Virus record (IMG/VR): IMGVR_UViG_3300034072_001021
Location: 195,141-259,140 of that record
DNA length: 64,000 nucleotides
Direction: 5' to 3' (one strand)
The position numbers were made by a program, and so were the translations under genes. The notes under the pieces were generated by a model. The model was not told the DNA's origin. It ran no database searches and was given only the letters and a program-made list of their open reading frames with translations. Numbering within the stretch: the first letter of the stretch is position 1; the number at the start of each line of letters is the position of its first letter. Shown piece after piece: positions 9,222-18,244 of this stretch.

Positions 9222-10091
9222 ATGGCCATCGATCAGTACGCCATGGAGGCCCTCTCCAGCCGGGAGAAGGGGCAAATACCCATCTCCATCGGCAGTAGTC
9301 TGGCCCTCGAGGGTGCTTTCGGCATCCTCGAGGATAACCACAATCCAAAACCAATCATCAACAATGTCGACGTCTTGTACGTTAACATCCGGACATTGAT
9401 CCGGAACATGGTCGGTTCGATTGCAGGAGACCATCTCCACAACGTTCTTCCTGAAGATCTGGCTAATACTCTGCTCAATGAACTAACCATCATTGAACAG
9501 GCTGTTAAGACAGTTTCCAACGGACGGGTTTCGGTAGTACCTTACCTGTGTAGCTATCGGAGTCTTCCCAGAAAGTTCCCGTTCGCTATCCTTAAAGCAG
9601 CTCGCACTGATCTTCAGCAGCAGGCAGCTATGAGGGAAGAGAACACGGTCATTGAGTTCAAGGAAATCGCTAAAGTCCACCACTACACCAACTTGGTGGA
9701 GACGGACATCGACCTTCCCAACGACTCTCGCCGTGTACTCCTCATGACCAACTACGCGGTTGATCTGCTTCAGCGTTATAAGTTCGGATCGGTGACGTTG
9801 CTGGAATCGCATACCGGCGCTACCAAGCCTCCGGCCTTATGGCACACCAAGCTGACCAACGGCAAAGAGTTGCCCAATATCCCGTTTGACCGGATGACCC
9901 TCCAGTTCTTCGGTGATGGTGGTAACTTATTTACAGGTTATCCAATCAAGTATCGTCGCATTCTGCTGGCGATTGCTGAAAAGAACCGCTGGACAGCTAT
10001 GACTACTAAGGACTATATCCTGAGTTCCGTGAAGAAGGCTTACGAGCCCGAATTGGAACGTCTGATCATCAGTCTTTACGCCAAAGCCTGA
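9222..10091 (+). CDS. conserved chimallivirus protein, possibly PIN/5'-3' exonuclease-like fold
   Basis: RBS AGGAG; PISIGSSLALE and VNIRTLIRN motifs; the fold is inferred only. Confidence 0.75.
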   Translation: MAIDQYAMEALSSREKGQIPISIGSSLALEGAFGILEDNHNPKPIINNVDVLYVNIRTLIRNMVGSIAGDHLHNVLPEDLANTLLNELTIIEQAVKTVSNGRVSVVPYLCSYRSLPRKFPFAILKAARTDLQQQAAMREENTVIEFKEIAKVHHYTNLVETDIDLPNDSRRVLLMTNYAVDLLQRYKFGSVTLLESHTGATKPPALWHTKLTNGKELPNIPFDRMTLQFFGDGGNLFTGYPIKYRRILLAIAEKNRWTAMTTKDYILSSVKKAYEPELERLIISLYAKA

Positions 10092-10098
10092 CGGCCAC

Positions 10099-10134
10099 GT
10101 AAAAAAATAACTCACAGACCCATGATGTGAGTGC
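10099..10134 (+). promoter_or_regulatory. A-tract motif plus inverted repeat, putative promoter
   Basis: GTAAAAAAATAAC followed by ACTCAC-N11-GTGAGT. Confidence 0.45.
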
Positions 10135-10160
10135 TCACTTCTTTAAAATTCGGAGGCGAA

Positions 10161-10928
10161 ATGAGCGAAGAACAAGGCGCCCGCGTCGAGACTATTCTGG
10201 ATGAACCCTCGCTGGTTCTGAAAGCCCGCAAGCAAGAAGGCATGGAAGGCGAACCGACCCTCCGCGCCGCGTATTACGAGAATAATCCGCGCTTCGTCGT
10301 CAAGACCAAGGTGCCGAACGATCGTAATAACGGCAAGATCGAAGCAGCGATGAGCAATCGCGCTTTCTTCGCTGTACTGCGTGCTGTGGAAATGCTGGCC
10401 AACTCGAAAGAGCCCGGCGTGATCTGTATGGACAACAAAGGTCACCGCTTCGTCGAGAAGAAACGTGATCCGAACCCGTCCATCATGAGCACCATCAAGA
10501 TCGAGAAGAACGCCGAAGGCGTGATGTCCATCTGCGTCAGCGCCGGCAAGAACCGTCCGTTGATCGAGTTCACGTTCCTGAACGAAACCTACCACCAGTT
10601 CCGCAGTGCCGAAGGCCCGATGCCAGTTGGTGTTGCTTCTCGTCTGTTCGCTCTCGGCTGGGTCGACACCATGCGCGAGTACATGACCCTGGTCATCGAG
10701 AAGAACTACAAACGCCCGGCCTGGATGGATCGTAACCGTCAAGGCGGTCAAGGTGGCGGTAGCTGGGGCGGCGGTGGTAACCGTCAAGGTGGCGGTAACA
10801 ACTGGAACGGCGGTGGCGGTCAGCAAGGCGGCAGTAGCTGGAATGGTGGCGGTGGCCAACAGCAACAGCAGCAAGCTTCCGTGTCCGGCGGCAATGATTT
10901 CAACTTCGACGACGACGTTCCGCTCTGA
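10161..10928 (+). CDS. putative single-stranded DNA-binding protein
   Basis: RBS GGAGG; G/Q/N/W-rich linker and terminal DFNFDDDVPL resembling the bacterial SSB C-tail. Confidence 0.65.
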   Translation: MSEEQGARVETILDEPSLVLKARKQEGMEGEPTLRAAYYENNPRFVVKTKVPNDRNNGKIEAAMSNRAFFAVLRAVEMLANSKEPGVICMDNKGHRFVEKKRDPNPSIMSTIKIEKNAEGVMSICVSAGKNRPLIEFTFLNETYHQFRSAEGPMPVGVASRLFALGWVDTMREYMTLVIEKNYKRPAWMDRNRQGGQGGGSWGGGGNRQGGGNNWNGGGGQQGGSSWNGGGGQQQQQQASVSGGNDFNFDDDVPL

Positions 10929-11049
10929 GTCCATGATTTCAAGGTAGAGACCAATCCATAAATCCCTAAAACGTTGATGCGTTTCGACACAGGAGCATGA
11001 ATTTGCTCCTGTGTCGCCTATACCCTTCGGCTGTATTTTATTCGAAGTG

Positions 11050-11081
11050 GTTTTGGCGATACATTATACCCTTGATCAAGT
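11050..11081 (+). promoter_or_regulatory. putative early promoter (ATACAT core at 11059)
   Basis: TTTTGGCGATACATTATACCCTTGA upstream of the gp68-like gene. Confidence 0.6.
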
Positions 11082-11095
11082 AACCATGAGGATTC

Positions 11096-12673
11096 GTGAT
11101 GCAGATTCAAATGAGGATGCCGGTCGAAGGGCCGCACGGGAAGATCGATATCTCCCACGGCGAAGAGACCCTTTCCTTGCTGATCGGCAGCTACCATTCG
11201 GCAGCTATCACAGACAAAGAGAACCTGTTCAAGGAGGTAAATGAATTCATCAACCGCATGCTCAGTGACGAAGAGCAGGCAGTGCTTTGGGGTATCTACT
11301 CCGACGTGCGCGAATACCTGGGTACCGATGGCATCGTAGGCTCCTACTTCGTTCGAGAGGAAATCGAGAAGCTGGTGCGGAAGATGTACTCCATCGTGAC
11401 TTATGACCGTCTGCGCAGTTACGTGGATCGGGCTAACTTCAAGATCCCTGGCGATGTCAGTGAGGTCTTCAAGGAGTACAACGATCGTGGTCGTGTGAAC
11501 TACCGCAATCAGACCTACATCCGTGCTGACTACATGGATCTGCAGGCGCTGGCGTTGGGTCTGCGCTTGATGGTGCCGATCTGGGGCGTATTCATCCAGA
11601 ACGTCTCTGGCGATCATGGCAATGGGTTTAAGGAATCCGAAGCCGTCAAGATGATCGAGATCGCCGGTGTGGTCAATTGGCCTCCGTACAAACGCATGCT
11701 CGACTACGTTGAAGCGTGTGTGGGCAAGGATACGTCAGCAATCTCCATGACCACCGTCATGGCTGGTCTGTCCAGTGAAGAAGTGCCGCGTCACCTGATG
11801 GCCATGGCGCTGGTGCGCAAGATCGCTGTAGGTACGATCTCCACTGGTAGCGAATCCGAGTCCATGGCTCGTAACCTGTTCAACTACGTCAATGGTACGC
11901 TCCAGCGTATGGACGGCCGCTTCCAGAGTGTCACGGGTATCGTGATGCCGAAGAAGAGTCGTGCAGTCGATAAGTCTGATGAGGATAACTCGTCTGTATG
12001 GGATGACTACTCGCAGACCACCGACATCACTGAAGGTTCTCGTCAGCTGATCGAAGTGTTCTCCGAGAAGGTTGAAACGATCATCATGCGTTCCAACGAG
12101 CCGGTCGACATCTCTCGTGTCCAACAGTGCATTGCCATCTGTTCGCGCCACGAGTCCCGTCCGATCCTGCCGTTCCAGAAAGCGTTGATCTTCTGGGTCA
12201 TTCGCAGTATCTCTCCTGATGCCCGTGATCTGCTGACCAAGCAGACCATGCTACGCCTGATGGGTATTGCTCAGGCGATCCTGGCCCACTGTGGATATTA
12301 CGAACTTGCCATTCTGATCTCCGCAGAAGAGCACATCAACGAAGAAGGCGTCTCGTTCATGCCGACCGAGACTCGTAACAAGATCACCAAACAACAGGCG
12401 GAAATCCTCGACCAACAGTATCCTTACTACCGTCAAGAAACGAAGCGCCAAGATCCAGGCAAGCGGAGCAACGTGGCAGTCACTGCGATCGACATGATCG
12501 TAGCTGAGATGTCGGGCATCGCCTGGAAACCTCATGCGCCGCGCGACATCGTGGAGAAGATCCCGATGCTGACGCAATCTGGTTACATGTATATCTCCGG
12601 CGACATCAAACGTCAGCTGGCCGATATGATAATCCGTATCAACAATACACTCAGGGGGCAACATGGAGCTTAA
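11096..12673 (+). CDS. nvRNAP promoter-specificity (sigma-like) subunit, phiKZ gp68-like
   Basis: 525 aa; size and position in the gp68-69-70-71/73-74-75 block. Confidence 0.75.
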   Translation: MMQIQMRMPVEGPHGKIDISHGEETLSLLIGSYHSAAITDKENLFKEVNEFINRMLSDEEQAVLWGIYSDVREYLGTDGIVGSYFVREEIEKLVRKMYSIVTYDRLRSYVDRANFKIPGDVSEVFKEYNDRGRVNYRNQTYIRADYMDLQALALGLRLMVPIWGVFIQNVSGDHGNGFKESEAVKMIEIAGVVNWPPYKRMLDYVEACVGKDTSAISMTTVMAGLSSEEVPRHLMAMALVRKIAVGTISTGSESESMARNLFNYVNGTLQRMDGRFQSVTGIVMPKKSRAVDKSDEDNSSVWDDYSQTTDITEGSRQLIEVFSEKVETIIMRSNEPVDISRVQQCIAICSRHESRPILPFQKALIFWVIRSISPDARDLLTKQTMLRLMGIAQAILAHCGYYELAILISAEEHINEEGVSFMPTETRNKITKQQAEILDQQYPYYRQETKRQDPGKRSNVAVTAIDMIVAEMSGIAWKPHAPRDIVEKIPMLTQSGYMYISGDIKRQLADMIIRINNTLRGQHGA

Positions 12674-14150
12674 CAAGATTCAGTTTCGCGAACGGCCGGG
12701 TTATCGCGAGCTGCATCTGCGGCCGTTCAATTCCAACGCAACGCGTGAAGATGTCGAGATCCTGAACGAAGTCACCCATGGTGGCGAGCGTCTGGAACCC
12801 TCGATCCTCTCTGGCGTGTCCGGGCGTATCATCAAGCCTTCCGCTACCACTTGCGGGGCTGTGAACATCGCCAACGGTTGGAGTGAACGTCGTCTGATGT
12901 TCGCAATGGAAGTCGTCCTCCGTCAAACGCGTACCGCAGTACAGCTGCTGGAGATCAGCGGCCACACCGATCACGTTGGCGCAGTTGACCGCGGTACTCG
13001 TGACGTGGCCCTCGACCGCGACATGCGCCTGTACTTCAACTCGATCACGGAGATCCGTCACAACTACATCGAGACGCCTCGTGCCGCAGGCTGGTCGAGT
13101 TCGGTTGGTCAGTGCGTACACGTCATCAGTCCTCACGTCCGTCCCGACTTCAGTGTCGATCGTTCGACTCAGGGCACAATGACCATGCGTCCGGAAGACA
13201 TCTTCCATTCAGATCCGCGTGATGTCCTGCAGAAGAGCTTCGAGCGTCATGTTCAGCGTGAAGGTAACTTCATGGACATGCGTCACAGTGTCGGTAGCCA
13301 AGGCCTCGTCCTGTCCGACCGTCGTAACGACACCACCACGCACTTCCTGCATCGTTCTCTGCGTGCGCTGAACACCGCACACCAGACCGGTGTAGAGCGT
13401 CAAGGTATCGAGTTCGACAACTCGGCCGTACTGCGTGATGCACGTGGTCAACTGCGTGAGCGTACGTTCGTAGGCTTTGCACCGTTGGCGGATCTGGCCC
13501 GTGACAGCAACATCATGAGCCAGGGTTTCGTTACGCTGGGTGAACTGATGGACATGAACCCGGACTTCGACTGGAATGGCGTTGAGGTGGCGTTCCTGCC
13601 GCCTGAGCTGCGTCATGACTACAGCGGTAGCACCAGTGACTGGCGTGGTCGTGACCATACCACCATTGCTGCGTCCCACATCGCTCGTGCGCTGCCAACG
13701 TACATGAACTACCACCAGATCGGTCTGTATCGTTCGCAGATCAACAACATGGGCTTTGGCGGCGAAGTGTCATTCTTGACCGACTCGTGCCGTGCTCTGA
13801 ACATCCACGATGAGATCGATCGGTCTCGCCTGGATGCGTTTGAGCAGCGTCTGCGTACTGAATTGTTCGAAGAGATGCTGCCGTGGGAAGGCTGCATGTT
13901 CGACATGAGCATCAGTGCCGAGCTGGGTCGTGACGTGTTCATCTCGTTGTCTCTGGACGGCGAACCGATGGCTGAGTTCGCATTCCCGCTCTTTGCAGAC
14001 TCCATGGTTGCTCCGGTAGTAGTTACCGACCATAGCCTGATCACCTCGATGGGTTCCACCATCAGCGGTATCGTGGATATGTTCGGCGATCGACTCGCTC
14101 GTGACAATCCCCTTCAACTGCCGCGAGGCAACACCCAGTACAAGTTCTAA
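12663..14150 (+). CDS. picA: probable phage-nucleus protein importer PicA/Imp1 (phiKZ gp69-like)
   Basis: 495 aa directly after the gp68-like gene; assigned mainly by synteny and size. Confidence 0.6.
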   Translation: MELNKIQFRERPGYRELHLRPFNSNATREDVEILNEVTHGGERLEPSILSGVSGRIIKPSATTCGAVNIANGWSERRLMFAMEVVLRQTRTAVQLLEISGHTDHVGAVDRGTRDVALDRDMRLYFNSITEIRHNYIETPRAAGWSSSVGQCVHVISPHVRPDFSVDRSTQGTMTMRPEDIFHSDPRDVLQKSFERHVQREGNFMDMRHSVGSQGLVLSDRRNDTTTHFLHRSLRALNTAHQTGVERQGIEFDNSAVLRDARGQLRERTFVGFAPLADLARDSNIMSQGFVTLGELMDMNPDFDWNGVEVAFLPPELRHDYSGSTSDWRGRDHTTIAASHIARALPTYMNYHQIGLYRSQINNMGFGGEVSFLTDSCRALNIHDEIDRSRLDAFEQRLRTELFEEMLPWEGCMFDMSISAELGRDVFISLSLDGEPMAEFAFPLFADSMVAPVVVTDHSLITSMGSTISGIVDMFGDRLARDNPLQLPRGNTQYKF

Positions 14151-14159
14151 GGAGCCGGT

Positions 14160-15548
14160 ATGGATCTTCACAAGTTCAACTCCAAGCTGCTCGGCTGCAT
14201 CGGTATCGCCGATGAAACCGGCAAAGGCCACCTGAGTCGTGTAATGGCGAATGGTTCGTCCATCCCGTTCACGATCGGCGGTAAGCGTGTCGTTCTTCCG
14301 ACCAAAGAGAACCTGCGTTCTCCGGAAGACAACACCATCGTCTTCCACCCGCTGTCCGAGAACATCACTCGCAGCGAGTCGGAAGTCCTCAAAGCCATGC
14401 GCGACACCATCATGTACCAGCTGACCGTGTGTTCTGTCACGCTGCTGACCGAGATGGCTCGCGTAGCCGCTACCCCGTCCGAGCACAAGCGCCTGGATGC
14501 TGCGTCGCAGCGTTACATGAAGAAGCTGGGTGACTTCGATGAACGCGCCTACGAGACCGTCCGTAAGGGCCTGGTTCGCGTTGGCCCGGAACCCGAGAAG
14601 CGCCTGATCTCCATCGCCCTGCGCAAAGGCAAGCAAGCCGACGGCGTGCTGCGTCGTGCCAGCTACAAGTTCCCGGTGCTGGACAGCGTCCTGGGCGATG
14701 ATCCCGATCTGCTCGGTGTCAAGTACCCTTCGAAGAAGGCCCGTCAAGCCATCCGTACGCTGTTCGAAGTGGTGCTGGGTGACGAGACCACCCGTGCTTC
14801 GTTCGACTACGGTAGCAAGAACCTGACGGCTCCGTACTTCGATGCGCTGATGAACGCGTTCTTCAACATGGCCAACCACCTGAACCAGGTGATCGAGACG
14901 CATCGTAAGCTGCTGGGCAAAGCCATCGACTCCGAAGGCAATGTCCTGGATCACGACGCTGCTGATGATCTGCTGTTCGACCTGTCCTGGTACGAGGGCA
15001 TGGACAACCTGGTGGAAATGCGTAAGCTGGTACCGCCGCAAGAAGGCAACGAAGGCAACATCATCGTCCAGGCACCGAAGGAGAAGGAAGATGCACCGGC
15101 TCGTGTAGCCGAGCGTATCGCTCCGCCTCGTGACCGCGCCCCGGCGCCCAGCCGGCAGGAATCCCGTCCCGAACCGGAAGACCTGCCGTGGGATACCGAT
15201 GATCGTGCTGCTCCGGTGATCCGTTCCGAACACCCGGTGTTGAAGCGCAAGTCCCTCGACGACTTCGGTCGCCGTGACGAGCGTGACAGTCGTGATCGCT
15301 ATTACGATGATCGTGATCGCCGTTACGACGACCGTCGCGACAGCCGTGACAGCCGCGATCGTTACTACGACGACCGTCGCGACAGCCGTGACTATCGCCG
15401 TGACGAGCGCCCGCCGGTACGCCGCATCGACTTGGGACTGGATACCGGTCGTGATCGTTACGATGATCGCCGTGACTTCCGTCGTGATGATCGTGGTCCG
15501 GCCCGTCGTGAATTCGGCGGTGGTACGCCGCGCACGATGCGCTTCTAA
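14160..15548 (+). CDS. phiKZ gp70-like protein with Arg/Asp-rich low-complexity C-terminus
   Basis: 462 aa, RBS AAGGAG, RDR/YDD repeats. Confidence 0.8.
   Translation: MDLHKFNSKLLGCIGIADETGKGHLSRVMANGSSIPFTIGGKRVVLPTKENLRSPEDNTIVFHPLSENITRSESEVLKAMRDTIMYQLTVCSVTLLTEMARVAATPSEHKRLDAASQRYMKKLGDFDERAYETVRKGLVRVGPEPEKRLISIALRKGKQADGVLRRASYKFPVLDSVLGDDPDLLGVKYPSKKARQAIRTLFEVVLGDETTRASFDYGSKNLTAPYFDALMNAFFNMANHLNQVIETHRKLLGKAIDSEGNVLDHDAADDLLFDLSWYEGMDNLVEMRKLVPPQEGNEGNIIVQAPKEKEDAPARVAERIAPPRDRAPAPSRQESRPEPEDLPWDTDDRAAPVIRSEHPVLKRKSLDDFGRRDERDSRDRYYDDRDRRYDDRRDSRDSRDRYYDDRRDSRDYRRDERPPVRRIDLGLDTGRDRYDDRRDFRRDDRGPARREFGGGTPRTMRF
15324..15392 (+). repeat. 27-nt exact direct repeat within the RD-rich tail
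   Basis: TACGACGACCGTCGCGACAGCCGTGAC at 15324-15350 and 15366-15392. Confidence 0.85.
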
Positions 15549-15555
15549 GCGGCAT

Positions 15556-15588
15556 AGAGGAGAGGGGCAACCCCTCTCCTCTTTCTTT
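15556..15588. terminator. hairpin terminator between convergent genes
   Basis: AGAGGAGAGGG-GCAA-CCCTCTCCTCT then TTCTTT. Confidence 0.8.
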
Positions 15589-15590
15589 GG

Positions 15591-15929
15591 TTAAATTCGT
15601 GCCTCAACTTGCCGGAACATCCGTTTAACGGTACCGACCATTTCAGGATTAGGTACCTTCAGTTCCTTGAAATCCTTTCGCATCTGGGTAGGACACGTGA
15701 ACCCATTGACAGCCATCATGATGATCAGATTTTCAACGGGGTATCCCAACTCAATCAGCAAGGAGGTAAAGTTGTATTCGAACTTGTGAACAATTCCTGG
15801 ATCAAGTGCTAAGTTCACAGAACCGGCCAACAGTAGCGATTTGTGAGCATGAACAAAGGTCAGGAATTCAGGCGAGTGATAGATGGTATTGCCTGAGCTT
15901 ACCATCATCGACATTAGCGATGCGCTCAT
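15591..15929 (-). CDS. small counter-oriented hypothetical protein
   Basis: 112-aa ORF filling the gap between the terminator and the next promoter. Confidence 0.65.
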   Translation of the reverse strand: MSASLMSMMVSSGNTIYHSPEFLTFVHAHKSLLLAGSVNLALDPGIVHKFEYNFTSLLIELGYPVENLIIMMAVNGFTCPTQMRKDFKELKVPNPEMVGTVKRMFRQVEARI

Positions 15930-15948
15930 CTAGAGTTCCTTGTTTGAA

Positions 15949-15981
15949 TTTTATTCAGCGATACATTATTCATACGGTAAG
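15949..15981 (+). promoter_or_regulatory. putative early promoter (ATACAT core at 15961)
   Basis: TTTTATTCAGCGATACATTAT upstream of the nvRNAP beta-C gene. Confidence 0.65.
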
Positions 15982-16011
15982 CTAATAATACCGATGTGTA
16001 AGGGGCACACA

Positions 16012-18210
16012 ATGAGTGACGAAAACCCAGACTATCATCAACTGTCGTCGTATGACGGCAACGTTCAGCTTCATCCGGAGCTGATGTCGTTGTATGGTCT
16101 CAATCCATTCATTCGTCACATCTCGGCTTCTCGAGCTGCGATGTTTACGAACAACCTTTCTCAGATGGTCGTCATCAAGAACCCGATGGCCAAACGCATC
16201 ATGTCCGGCATGGAGCGTCCGTTCGGGGAGACCACCTGTTCCATCGAATTCACCGATGATGTCGAAATTCTCGAAGTCATCCCACGATTCGCCCACACGG
16301 CAGGTGCTAACCGCATCCGCCATTCACCGCAAACAGCGGTGATCTACGAGAACCACGAGACCCACAAGATCGGCGTCAAGATGATTGTCGATTACCACAT
16401 CTCGCACCAGCACTTTGGTACCGAGTTCGTGCGTAACCGCGATGTCATCGACCAGCTGCGCCGCGGTGCACGGTTCCGTAAGGGCACCAAGCTCGCCCGT
16501 TCGCCATTGATCGATGATAATGGCAACTACTGCTACGGTCGTGAGACCAACGTGCTCATGTGCTCTGACGTGGCAGGGACTGAAGACGGCGTTAAGGTAC
16601 GCCGTGGCTACATCGAACAAATGGCTCCTACCGGTTTCGAGACCCGTGTCTTCGAGTTCGGTCGTGAGTACTTCCCCATCAATCAGTCTACTGTACCAGG
16701 CCAGTACAAGATCTTCCCGGACATTGGTGAACGTGTAAACAGCAGTGGTCTGCTGGTGGCTCTGCGTCGTTATGACCCCATCAGCGCCGTGGCCAACATG
16801 ACCAACGAAGCGCTGCTGCAGCCGGACTACATCTTCGACCGCAAACGTTTCGTGCAACACCTGGATGCGGAAGTGGTCGACATCAAAGTCGAACGCAACA
16901 CGTCCATCAATATCCCGCCCTTGCCAGTCGGGATGGAAGCGCAGTTGTTGAAGTACTACAACGCTGACACCGAGTTCTATCGGAAGATCGTTGACGTCTG
17001 GATGGATCTGCGTAAGAAGTGCAACCAGCGCAAGATCCAGCTGGAGCTGGAAGACGAGTTCAGTCAACTGGTGTACGAAGCTATCGGTCGTGTAGGGCCG
17101 GACTATCTGCGCCATGACGGCGGTTTCGGCCGTAGCGTTGATGAAACCATCAAGGTGGACAAAGTCTACCGTGGTGTCAAGATCGATGCCTGGCGCGTGG
17201 AGATCAAGTTCAAGTACCTGTCGATCCCCAACAAGGGCTACAAGATCACCGATATCGACGGCGACAAGTCCGTAGTGGTAGAGGTGGTTGATGATGAAGA
17301 CATGCCGCGCGATGAGAATGGCGTGGTGGTTGACATCGTCGTAGACCCCAACTCTCGCTGGAACCGAGTAACTCCGGCATCCCCCATCGAGATGGTGATC
17401 GGTGCATCTGGCCGTGATCTGGGTAAGCGCATCCAAGCCTCGTTCGGCTACGACATGAATGTCCAGCTGAAAGAAGAAGAGTGCGAAGATGCGGTGTATC
17501 GTCCTGAGAACCTCGAACTGGTCAAGGCAGCTTATGCTGAACTGCTCGAGTACTACAAGGTCGTAGCGCCATTCCAGTACGAAGACATGACAGATCCTGA
17601 GTTCCTGGCGAAGAACCCGGAGCACATGTACGATCATGTCAAGTCCGTGCTGCTGGATCACATGTACGGGCTGTATCTGTACATGCCGACCAACAACCCA
17701 GTCCATATGCCGACTGTGATCTCGACGATCCGCAAGCGCTGGCCGCCGTTCATTACCCCGGTGCGTTTCCGTGGTCGTGATGGCAAGATGAAAGTATCGC
17801 GCGAACCGATGCTGATCGGTCCGTCGTACTACATCAACCTGGAGAAGACCGCAGAAGACTCCTGGATGGCCGCTGCATCGTCGCGTTGCAACGTGTTTGG
17901 CACTACTGCGCGTCTGAGCAACAACGACAAGTACGACTCTCCCGGCCGCGAGTCCGGTATCCGAGTCGGCGAGTCTGAGATCCGCTCTGAGTCTGCTTAC
18001 TGTGGCGGTGAGGCAATTGCCGATCAGAAGGATGCCAGTAACAACCCGATTGCCCACAAGTTCGTGGCGCGTCGTGTACTTACCCATCCGACACCGACCA
18101 ACATGGAAGAGGCGCTGGATCGCAAGATCGTACCTGTGGGTGGTCATCGTCCGCTGGCATACATGCGGCACATGTTCGCATGCTCCGGTAAAGAACTGAC
18201 CAACGAATAA
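16012..18210 (+). CDS. non-virion RNA polymerase beta C-terminal subunit (phiKZ gp71-73-like)
   Basis: GTEDG, GYKITDIDGDKSVV, VDPNSRWNR, GIRVGESE correspond to conserved beta regions; RBS AAGGGG before ATG 16012. Confidence 0.92.
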   Translation: MSDENPDYHQLSSYDGNVQLHPELMSLYGLNPFIRHISASRAAMFTNNLSQMVVIKNPMAKRIMSGMERPFGETTCSIEFTDDVEILEVIPRFAHTAGANRIRHSPQTAVIYENHETHKIGVKMIVDYHISHQHFGTEFVRNRDVIDQLRRGARFRKGTKLARSPLIDDNGNYCYGRETNVLMCSDVAGTEDGVKVRRGYIEQMAPTGFETRVFEFGREYFPINQSTVPGQYKIFPDIGERVNSSGLLVALRRYDPISAVANMTNEALLQPDYIFDRKRFVQHLDAEVVDIKVERNTSINIPPLPVGMEAQLLKYYNADTEFYRKIVDVWMDLRKKCNQRKIQLELEDEFSQLVYEAIGRVGPDYLRHDGGFGRSVDETIKVDKVYRGVKIDAWRVEIKFKYLSIPNKGYKITDIDGDKSVVVEVVDDEDMPRDENGVVVDIVVDPNSRWNRVTPASPIEMVIGASGRDLGKRIQASFGYDMNVQLKEEECEDAVYRPENLELVKAAYAELLEYYKVVAPFQYEDMTDPEFLAKNPEHMYDHVKSVLLDHMYGLYLYMPTNNPVHMPTVISTIRKRWPPFITPVRFRGRDGKMKVSREPMLIGPSYYINLEKTAEDSWMAAASSRCNVFGTTARLSNNDKYDSPGRESGIRVGESEIRSESAYCGGEAIADQKDASNNPIAHKFVARRVLTHPTPTNMEEALDRKIVPVGGHRPLAYMRHMFACSGKELTNE

Positions 18211-18244
18211 TCGGGAGGGGCAACCCTCCCTCATGGAGATAACG

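Noticed and set aside
15270-15500. CRISPR-like or VNTR array
   Set aside because: The repeats are in-frame coding units of the RD-rich tail and lack regular unique spacers; no cas genes are present
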